Shown: positions 9,896 to 16,336 of the stretch, one piece after another
Numbering within the stretch: the first letter of the stretch is position 1
Layout: every line of letters starts with the position of its first letter
From: Nitrospirota bacterium
Lineage (GTDB): Bacteria; Nitrospirota; UBA9217
DNA length: 64,000 nucleotides
Reading direction: 5' to 3'
NCBI GenBank assembly: GCA_963751455.1
Contig: CAVVUN010000002.1
Coordinates: 512,001-576,000 of the forward strand
Notes under the pieces: generated by a model
Told to the model about the DNA's origin: nothing
What the model saw: only the letters and a program-made list of their open reading frames with translations
Databases searched by the model: none
Made by a program: the position numbers and the translations under genes

Positions 9896-11956
9896 TTATG
9901 AGGAGCGAACGGTTTTTCTTGTCTTAAATTTTTTCATCTCCTGCTTCAATAGATCGATTTCTTCCTTAAGCCTGCTGAACGAAACAGTTACATCTTCCAT
10001 TTCCTTCATTGCGGAAATTCCCGCATCTTTCATCTCCTCGACCGCCCGGACGATACCCTCATTCACGTTCAACTGTCCCCTCGCGGATTTATGCATCTCG
10101 CCGACCATATCCGATGTCAACCGGAGATTCTTTGAAATCACGGTCGTTCCCCGTACATGGTCCCCGGCGCCTTTTTTCACCAGCTCCGCGACTTCCTTAA
10201 CGTCGCCGATGGTCTCGAGCATATGGGTTGAGCCTTTTTTCTCCTCTTCCATGGCCTTTGCCATTTCTCCGATCATGGCGCGGACATTTTCCATGGACGA
10301 CCGTATCTGCTTCAATCCCTCGGCCTGTTCCCCGGTGGCTTTTTCTACAACGGCGGCCATCTGTGCCGACTTCTGCGCGGCCACCAGCGATTCGCCGATG
10401 GCTTCACCGGATTTCAGGATACAGCTCTTTCCCTCTTGTACCTTTACGACGCCGGTCTCTATGGCCGCCACTGCCTCATGGATTTCCGCCTGTATTCTCA
10501 GAAGGATAGCAGCTATATCGTGTGCGGAGGACGAGGTCATGTCCGAGAGTCCCCGTATCTCGTCCGCGACTACGGAAAACCCCTTTGCATGTTCGCCCGC
10601 TGCCGCCGCAAGAATGGATGCATTGAGGCCCAGTACCTTGGTTTTGGCGTTCACATCCGTTATTACCACAAGGATCTTTTCAATGTCTTTTGACCGCTCG
10701 GCAAGCCGTGTAATGATTTTTTCCGTGCGCATCACTTCATCCTCGATCTTTTCCATGGCGTCCACTGCATCCGCTACCAGCAGGGTGCCCCTGTCGGTTA
10801 GCAGCATTCGCACATGCGAGCTGAGGTCCGAGGACGTCTTCGTATGGTCGCGTACGGCGCTTAGGGAGGCGCTGATCTCCTCGACGGACGAGGAAGTATT
10901 TTCCACCGCATGGGAAACCTCGCCGGCATTTACGGCGATGGTCTTGGAGGTCTGCGACATCTCGGCGATCATCGCATACGAATCCTCAGTGGATGCGAAC
11001 AATCTTTCCGTTCCGGCAGCGATTTCCTCGGCTGCGGCTTTCATTTCGAGGAGGAACGCCACATTCTCGGATGACGCATGCGAGAGCCTGTCTGTGTTCT
11101 CTGTTATTTTTTTCTGCGAAGTGCTGGCCTCCCGGATGGCAGAAATCACGCCGTCTATCGACTCAGCCTGATTTCGTGCGGTCGCAGTCACGTGCGCAAG
11201 CGTCGCGGTTAGCCGCTCCATTGCTGATGCGGCATGAGTCGAGAGGGAGTTGAACCGTACAATGGTCATCGAGAGGTTCTCGATCAGGAATCGCAAGCCC
11301 TTAGCAATACTTCCTATCTCGTTTTCTCCGAACTCGGGCACCTCTATTTCGAGATCGCCTGCGGTAATGCCCTTCAGCACCGTGTTTATGCTTTGCACCG
11401 GCAGCGTGACCTTTTTTCTAAAGAAGGTAATGATTGCGTATATCACAACGACGAAGGTTATGAACTGCATGATCGGAGGAATCACGAGGAAGCGCTTCAT
11501 CACCTCATTGACCGGTTGGCCGCTATACAACAGCTGGACGGTCCCAGCCTGCGCCTTCAGCGGAACACGAACGGTGTTCACGGAGGGTATGAAAAAAACG
11601 GAGAACGGTCCCCAACCTTTCTTGTCCGCCTGGTCAGGCTCGAAGCGGCTGGGTCCTTCGGTCCTTTCCTCGATCAGGGTCCCTGTTCCGTCCGTTACTT
11701 TGATCGAGAGGGCAAGCCCTCTTTTCCGGTGTATATCCAGCAGCTGTTGAAAGGCTTTCTCGTCGCTTTCCCGCATTGAAGCCGCGTCGGCAATCTGCTG
11801 TGCGGAGATCAGGACATTGTTTTGCAGCCTCTCCTCGAGATACCCTTTTTGGTACAGAAGGAGCCAGGTATAGAGTATTCCCTGTCCCACGGCAAGGATG
11901 AAAAGAATCATGATGGTAAATCGTGCGACAAGCGAATTTCCGAAATGTCTGCTCAA
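9896..11956 (-). CDS. Methyl-accepting chemotaxis protein (2 TM, HAMP, MCP signalling domain)
   Basis: TKVLGLNASILAAAAGEHAKGFSVVADEIRGL hairpin-tip motif; TTG start at 11956 with GGAGA RBS. Confidence 0.88.
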   Translation of the reverse strand: MSRHFGNSLVARFTIMILFILAVGQGILYTWLLLYQKGYLEERLQNNVLISAQQIADAASMRESDEKAFQQLLDIHRKRGLALSIKVTDGTGTLIEERTEGPSRFEPDQADKKGWGPFSVFFIPSVNTVRVPLKAQAGTVQLLYSGQPVNEVMKRFLVIPPIMQFITFVVVIYAIITFFRKKVTLPVQSINTVLKGITAGDLEIEVPEFGENEIGSIAKGLRFLIENLSMTIVRFNSLSTHAASAMERLTATLAHVTATARNQAESIDGVISAIREASTSQKKITENTDRLSHASSENVAFLLEMKAAAEEIAAGTERLFASTEDSYAMIAEMSQTSKTIAVNAGEVSHAVENTSSSVEEISASLSAVRDHTKTSSDLSSHVRMLLTDRGTLLVADAVDAMEKIEDEVMRTEKIITRLAERSKDIEKILVVITDVNAKTKVLGLNASILAAAAGEHAKGFSVVADEIRGLSDMTSSSAHDIAAILLRIQAEIHEAVAAIETGVVKVQEGKSCILKSGEAIGESLVAAQKSAQMAAVVEKATGEQAEGLKQIRSSMENVRAMIGEMAKAMEEEKKGSTHMLETIGDVKEVAELVKKGAGDHVRGTTVISKNLRLTSDMVGEMHKSARGQLNVNEGIVRAVEEMKDAGISAMKEMEDVTVSFSRLKEEIDLLKQEMKKFKTRKTVRSS

Positions 11957-11981
11957 GTCTTTCTCCGTAAAGTAATTATTC

Positions 11982-12185
11982 TCACACAGCCGGGAACGAC
12001 CATTTGACAGGTCGCTCCACCGGTCCCGACGAGAGGGCGATAATGATTGTGTATCCGTGCAAGCTCGGATTATAACGCGTATGGAAGAAGAGGGTGTTCT
12101 GGATGAAAACGGGTTTCTTTCCGTTCCCACGGGATGTGATATCATAGAAGGACCCGGGGAATTCTATTCGAAGAGGTCCAGCCAT
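11982..12185 (-). pseudogene. Truncated REP-associated tyrosine transposase (RAYT / Y1 HUH) N-terminal remnant
   Basis: MAGPLRIEFPGSFYDITSRGNGKKPVF resembles the MARPLRIEFPGAFYHVTSRGN start of RAYT proteins; no HUH or Tyr motif follows. Confidence 0.6.
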
Positions 12186-12234
12186 GTAGCACTATAACAT
12201 GAGAAAGGGTGGTTTGCAATGAGAACGAATTGAC

Positions 12235-12253
12235 GGTAGTGTCTCAGTTTGAA
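12235..12253 (+). repeat. Left terminal inverted repeat of the IS1-family element
   Basis: GGTAGTGTCTCAGTTTGAA, 18/19 identical to the reverse complement of 15180-15198. Confidence 0.93.
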
Positions 12254-12299
12254 AATATTCCCCGTTGAGCTAAAGCCAAAATCATGCTATTATGGATTC

Positions 12300-12530
12300 A
12301 TGCCAAAAGGACCGCAAGGACAAAAGAGGCCCGCTGATGTGATCGGGAACGCTATTAAGATCGCCAAGATCGCTACGGGCGAGATTGAAGAAAAGACCGA
12401 TGGGAAAGAGTACGCCCGTAAAGGTGGCCTTATAGGTGGCAAAGCTAGAGCGGATAAATTGACACCCGCCCGACGAAAGGCAATAGCCAAGAAAGCCGCA
12501 AAAACCCGCTGGGAAAAGCCTCGACCGTAA
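12300..12530 (+). CDS. Small basic (histone H1-like, putative nucleic-acid-binding) IS passenger protein
   Basis: MPKGPQGQKRPADVIGNA...GGKARADKLTPARRKAIAKKAAKTRW; TTGAGC-17-TATTAT promoter ends 6 nt before the ATG. Confidence 0.8.
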   Translation: MPKGPQGQKRPADVIGNAIKIAKIATGEIEEKTDGKEYARKGGLIGGKARADKLTPARRKAIAKKAAKTRWEKPRP

Positions 12531-12695
12531 CCCCTTGACCCATTGATAAAATTGCATTAATACTTTAGTACTGCCAACTATTCCTCTCCTGTATTGCCTA
12601 TATCGGGGCAATAAATCTACAGGGTCAATGAAAAGTATTGACTCTCTCCTCAATATCTGCTATAAATAATCATCCTAAAGGAAGGGGGTTAGCCT

Positions 12696-13127
12696 ATGCC
12701 TCGGATGGATACAATAGATCGAACGAAGGCCAATTTTAATTTTTCAGAGATGAAGCAAAAACTTCAGTCTCAGCTTGCACAGTATCAACAGGCTGTCGAG
12801 GAAGTGAAGAGGGAATTGGATGCGCTGGCCATCATAGAAGGGTCCAAATATCTCGCAATCGAGTCAAGAACAGACCGGTCTCGATCACAGACAAGTTTAT
12901 TCAGCAAGTCTTCTCTAAAAGATAGAATGATTGCCACAGTCAATACCATGCCAGAAAAATTTACACGCATGGAGTTTTTCGAGTGCGTAAAAAAAACAGG
13001 AGAAGCTAACGACGGATCATTGAGCGTATATTTCCCTCAGCTGAAAGCTGAAGGGTATATTATGGTTCTTGAAGAACCACACGGGCATCAACCTGGCTAT
13101 TACACTAAGGGCAATAGGCACGAGTAG
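12696..13127 (+). CDS. Hypothetical IS passenger protein (coiled-coil N-terminus, possible winged-helix C-terminus)
   Basis: 143-aa ORF, purine-rich RBS, TTGACT-17-TATAAA upstream. Confidence 0.65.
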   Translation: MPRMDTIDRTKANFNFSEMKQKLQSQLAQYQQAVEEVKRELDALAIIEGSKYLAIESRTDRSRSQTSLFSKSSLKDRMIATVNTMPEKFTRMEFFECVKKTGEANDGSLSVYFPQLKAEGYIMVLEEPHGHQPGYYTKGNRHE

Positions 13128-13155
13128 CAAGTTTTTGAGTTGGGAGGTGATGTGA

Positions 13156-13212
13156 ATGAGAAGAAGATCTAGCGCCATAGTGGACGGCGTGGACATAAAT
13201 AGACAGAAATAG
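13156..13212 (+). CDS. Candidate mini-ORF / leader peptide MRRRSSAIVDGVDINRQK
   Basis: Near-perfect SD GGAGGTGA at 13143-13150; ATG AGA AGA AGA; the TAG stop lies in the 5' arm of a hairpin. Confidence 0.45.
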   Translation: MRRRSSAIVDGVDINRQK

Positions 13213-13254
13213 CGTGAGCTTTTAAGCCTGACCAGCCGAAACTCACGCTATTTC
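13206..13254 (+). other. 13-bp perfect stem-loop between the mini-ORF and the tRNA-like gene
   Basis: GAAATAGCGTGAG (13206-13218) / CTCACGCTATTTC (13242-13254); no U-run after it. Confidence 0.8.
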
Positions 13255-13274
13255 CCACTCCCTGATACATATAT

Positions 13275-13347
13275 GCCCCTGTAGTTCAACGGATAGAACA
13301 CGCGTCCACTAAACGCACTATCCCGGGTTCGAATCCCGGCAGGGGCT
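13275..13347 (+). tRNA. Atypical tRNA / tRNA-like RNA with Arg-type scaffold and anticodon ACT, no encoded CCA
   Basis: Acceptor GCCCCTG/CAGGGGC, D arm GTTC-AACGGATA-GAAC, anticodon arm CGCGT-CCACTAA-ACGCA, T arm CCGGG-TTCGAAT-CCCGG, discriminator T. Confidence 0.85.
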
Positions 13348-13360
13348 CTTTTGTTGTTTA

Positions 13361-13388
13361 ATTATAAACCAATTGGCTTAAATGTCAA
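13361..13388 (-). promoter_or_regulatory. Consensus sigma70 promoter pointing antisense into the tRNA-like gene
   Basis: Minus strand TTGACA (13388-13383)-16 bp-TATAAT (13366-13361). Confidence 0.6.
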
Positions 13389-13411
13389 TTGTAAATTATA
13401 GGAGTACAACT

Positions 13412-13744
13412 ATGAGCGATACGGGTACAGCTACTTGGTTAACTTACACCTTCACGGTTTATCCCCATGCAGGTACATCATGGAACAGTGTTGCGGGAAT
13501 TTACATTTTGACAGGTGTAAATCGACAGAATCAGTGGGAACCTTTGTATATTGGGCAATGCGACAGTTTTCTAAGCAGAATTCCATCGCACGAGAGATGG
13601 GATGAGGCACAGGCTCTAGGGGCGCGCCATATACATGCGCTGGTGGTGTCGAAGCAGGAAGATCGTGACATAATTGAGAAGGCTTTGATTCGTGCATATC
13701 AGCCACCTCTAAACGATCTATTGAAAAAGTATCTTTCACTTTAA
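13412..13744 (+). CDS. Stand-alone GIY-YIG nuclease-domain protein (110 aa)
   Basis: AGIYIL...LYIGQ...SRIPSH...IEKALI.AYQPPLN; AGGAG RBS. Confidence 0.85.
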   Translation: MSDTGTATWLTYTFTVYPHAGTSWNSVAGIYILTGVNRQNQWEPLYIGQCDSFLSRIPSHERWDEAQALGARHIHALVVSKQEDRDIIEKALIRAYQPPLNDLLKKYLSL

Positions 13745-13767
13745 TACCTCCACAATAGGTTCAACCT

Positions 13768-13810
13768 GGGGTTTTGCGCAATCCATCCGTGCAAGGCCCC
13801 TTTTCTTTTC
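13768..13810 (+). terminator. Intrinsic terminator after the GIY-YIG gene
   Basis: GGGGTTTTGCGC/GTGCAAGGCCCC stem (G-U pairs favour the + strand) followed by TTTTCTTTT. Confidence 0.7.
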
Positions 13811-13819
13811 TTGAGTACT

Positions 13820-13848
13820 ATTATAGGTGAACGATCGTTCACTGTCAA
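13820..13848 (-). promoter_or_regulatory. Consensus sigma70 promoter with palindromic spacer, antisense to GIY-YIG
   Basis: Minus strand TTGACA-17-TATAAT; spacer holds the perfect 16-bp palindrome GTGAACGATCGTTCAC (13827-13842). Confidence 0.65.
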
Positions 13849-13872
13849 GGGTATTATTTTAAACTGAAAATA

Positions 13873-13905
13873 ATGCTTGACACTCAAGCATAAAGTTCAT
13901 ATAAT
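13873..13905 (+). promoter_or_regulatory. Transposase promoter with an operator-like inverted repeat over the -35 box
   Basis: TTGACA(13877)-17-TATAAT(13900); ATGCTTGA-CAC-TCAAGCAT; ATG 6 nt after the -10 box with no SD. Confidence 0.75.
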
Positions 13906-13911
13906 AAGAAC

Positions 13912-14742
13912 ATGAACAAACTACCTATCAATAAACGAGTCCAAATACTAAACATGCTTTGCGAAGGAAGCTCAATGCGATCTATCTCGCGGATCGCAGA
14001 CGTTTCGATCAACACCGTTACGAAGCTGCTTGTTGATGCAGGGACGGCATGTAACGAGTACCATAATCAGAACGTAAAGGAACTTACCGTTAAGCGCGTC
14101 CAGGCCGACGAGATTTGGAGTTTTTGTTACTCGAAAGAAAAGAACGTTCCCGAGGAAAAGCAGGGTATATTTGGTTACGGTGATGTATGGACGTTTACGG
14201 CCATTGATGCGGATTCAAAGCTGATCGTATCCTGGCACGTAGGCAGTAGGGATATGGAGAACGCGACCATGTTCATGAAGGACGTAGCATCAAGGCTTAA
14301 AAGCCGCGTCCAGTTAACCACAGACGGCCATAAAATGTATTTGGAAGCTGTAGAGAGTGCTTTCGGTTCTGATATTGACTTTGCGCAGCTTGTGAAGATA
14401 TATAGGAGTGTGCCGAGTAGTGCTGAAACGCGGTATAGTCCTGCCAAATATGTCGGGGCTGAAAAAACAAAGATCACCGGCAACCCTGACAGGAAGGAAG
14501 TATCTACTTCCCATGTTGAACGTCAAAACCTTAACATGCGTATGGGGATGCGCAGATTTACCCGGTTGACGAACGCATTCTCAAAGAAACTGGAAAATCA
14601 CTATCACGCGCTTTCGCTCTATTTCATGTTCTATAACTTCGTAAGGATTCACAAAACCTTGAGTGTTACACCTGCAATGGCAGCTAACTTAACCGATAGG
14701 CTTTGGACTATGGAAGATATAGTTGCTTTGATAGAGAAATAA
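13912..14742 (+). CDS. IS1-family DDE transposase (single ORF, HTH + DDE)
   Basis: N-terminal HTH ([18 protein letters not shown]), [37 protein letters not shown] resembling InsB. Confidence 0.9.
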   Translation: MNKLPINKRVQILNMLCEGSSMRSISRIADVSINTVTKLLVDAGTACNEYHNQNVKELTVKRVQADEIWSFCYSKEKNVPEEKQGIFGYGDVWTFTAIDADSKLIVSWHVGSRDMENATMFMKDVASRLKSRVQLTTDGHKMYLEAVESAFGSDIDFAQLVKIYRSVPSSAETRYSPAKYVGAEKTKITGNPDRKEVSTSHVERQNLNMRMGMRRFTRLTNAFSKKLENHYHALSLYFMFYNFVRIHKTLSVTPAMAANLTDRLWTMEDIVALIEK

Positions 14743-14772
14743 AGCAGAGGCCGGATTTTTTTTATTTTCCCC

Positions 14773-14802
14773 TTGACAGTAAGTACTTACTTACATTATA
14801 CT
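14773..14802 (+). promoter_or_regulatory. sigma70-like promoter with palindromic spacer
   Basis: TTGACA-18-TATACT; palindrome AGTAAGTACTTACT at 14778-14791. Confidence 0.55.
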
Positions 14803-14829
14803 ATAGGTGGATATAGGAAAGGAGTGCTT

Positions 14830-14982
14830 ATGCCAGAACAAAACAAGGATGGGAAAATATTAACAACGTATGATTTTACTTTAATGACGTGGAAAGCCGT
14901 TCGTTATCTCCGGTTTTCGATAGCCTTGATTATATCGCTTCTAATTGCGATTGGGTCAATACTGGCATTCAAAGCTTTTTGA
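14830..14982 (+). CDS. Small single-TM membrane peptide (50 aa)
   Basis: AAAGGAG RBS; C-terminal hydrophobic helix FSIALIISLLIAIGSILAF. Confidence 0.5.
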   Translation: MPEQNKDGKILTTYDFTLMTWKAVRYLRFSIALIISLLIAIGSILAFKAF

Positions 14983-15101
14983 CAGCTAGGGCAGGAGTAA
15001 ATAACCGTTTTCCATTCTTGCCCCATAAATGCGGACGAATTAACCGAGTCTAAATTTAATCTGAATAAAGGTTGATTACAATGTGGACAGTTAGCAGCCA
15101 T
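14904..15101 (-). CDS. Small Zn-ribbon protein (65 aa)
   Basis: MAANCPHC...YSCPSC...; AAGGGGG RBS. Confidence 0.65.
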   Translation of the reverse strand: MAANCPHCNQPLFRLNLDSVNSSAFMGQEWKTVIYSCPSCQKALNASIDPIAIRSDIIKAIENRR

Positions 15102-15179
15102 AGTTCCCCCTTTTATTCTATGAGATTGATAGGGCATCATATCATTTTTAGTAAAAATAAGGGGATTTTTTATAAAGGA

Positions 15180-15198
15180 TTGAAACTGAGACACTACC
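15180..15198 (-). repeat. Right terminal inverted repeat of the IS1-family element
   Basis: TTGAAACTGAGACACTACC followed by the GAATTGAC duplication. Confidence 0.93.
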
Positions 15199-15477
15199 GA
15201 ATTGACGGTTATGATGGAACCATGCCGGCCATGGACAGCTTCAAGCGGTATATCAACGCTATGGCATTCCACAGAGCGTCTATTTGGACAGGCACTCAAC
15301 GTATAAATCCACGGCCAAGCAGAGCATCGAGTATGAGTTGTTTATGTCTCTCCAATTACGCATTATGAAAAAAGCAATAAAAGCCGAAAAATAAACAGCA
15401 ACAATTGCCGAGAGAACCTGTAAATATTCTGCTACAATATGTCCGAGTGAAAAAAGCGGCATCTGCGATTACCTCTC

Positions 15478-15957
15478 ATGAAAATATCCGATATGATCAG
15501 ACAAAAGCTGGAGGAAAAAGGTTACACTTCCCTGAAGGAAGCGTCGAAATATCTTGGGATAAGCTCCGAGCTTCTGAGGGTGACTTTGAACAAAGAGCAC
15601 ATTCCGAAGGATAAAATCCTAGATCGTATAGCCCGAAAACTGAACTTGGATCCATCCGCGTTGATACTGGAAGCGCACAGGGAAAAAGTGCCGACCGGAG
15701 TAAAAGGATATTTCCTTTCTCCTAAAGAAAAGAATACATATAGCAAAAAGCGGAAGTGGCCGCTTTCCGAAGAGCAGTGCGATCATATCGGGAAGGTGAT
15801 GACATCCGAGGAGATTCAGGTGACAAGAATGCTTCGGCAGGTGACAGATGATGCAAAGGTGCAGATCATGGGGTATATCACTTTCATGTTTACGACAAAA
15901 AGAAAAGAAATCTCATCGATGGCCGAAACCGATGATAATAAGGCGAAAGCCGGATGA
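15478..15957 (+). CDS. XRE-like helix-turn-helix regulator
   Basis: SLKEASKYLGISSELL...IP.DKILDRIARKLNLD. Confidence 0.7.
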   Translation: MKISDMIRQKLEEKGYTSLKEASKYLGISSELLRVTLNKEHIPKDKILDRIARKLNLDPSALILEAHREKVPTGVKGYFLSPKEKNTYSKKRKWPLSEEQCDHIGKVMTSEEIQVTRMLRQVTDDAKVQIMGYITFMFTTKRKEISSMAETDDNKAKAG

Positions 15958-16080
15958 TCCTTGCTCTTGAAAAGCACTACCAGACTACCCTTATAATCGA
16001 TTTGACCCACATCTATTCCAGCCCCAAAGCACGGCCTGTCTAACCCTGACATTTTGCCGATCATAAGGTATAGAATATTT

Positions 16081-16247
16081 GTAACTACTCAGGTCATTTT
16101 TTTATCCGCAGATTACGCAGATTTCGCAGATAAAAACAAAACCAGAATTCCGGTTTTAGAATCTGCGAAATCTGCGAAATCTGCGGATAGAAGGGCTTTT
16201 TCTTAGATTTGTCTTAATGCTGTTCTGAAAAGAAGCTGAATAGTTAC
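16081..16247. mobile_element. MITE copy 1 (167 bp)
   Basis: TIRs GTAACTACTCAG / CTGAATAGTTAC; 8-bp duplication GAATATTT; internal CGCAGAT-repeat hairpin; near-identical inverted copy at 44770-44938. Confidence 0.88.
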
Positions 16248-16336
16248 GAATATTTAAGTATCAAAAACTTTTGATTTTTGATCCTTGACAGAGTTATAAT
16301 TTACGTCCTCTTTCCGTAGCCATAGGTAGGTATTCC

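Larger units (their letters stand above)
12235..15198 (+). mobile_element. IS1-family cargo-carrying insertion sequence (2964 bp)
   Basis: Terminal IRs GGTAGTGTCTCAGTTT(G/C)AA; 8-bp direct repeat GAATTGAC at 12227-12234 and 15199-15206; IS1-type transposase inside; visibly more AT-rich than flanking genes. Confidence 0.93.

Noticed and set aside
13306-13313. Amber suppressor reading (CTA) of the tRNA-like loop
   Set aside because: The stem register places ACT, not CTA, at positions 34-36.
13275-13347. tRNA as an integrase attachment site of a genomic island
   Set aside because: It lies inside the IS ends, I saw no duplicated 3' fragment, and the only tyrosine recombinase is the housekeeping XerC.
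15207-15368. Host gene interrupted by the IS1 element
   Set aside because: Rejoining the flanks at GAATTGAC gave no convincing continuous ORF; the insertion appears intergenic.
16100-16190. CRISPR array
   Set aside because: Repeats are 7-9 nt units in a hairpin without unique spacers; no cas genes. No CRISPR array was seen in the window.
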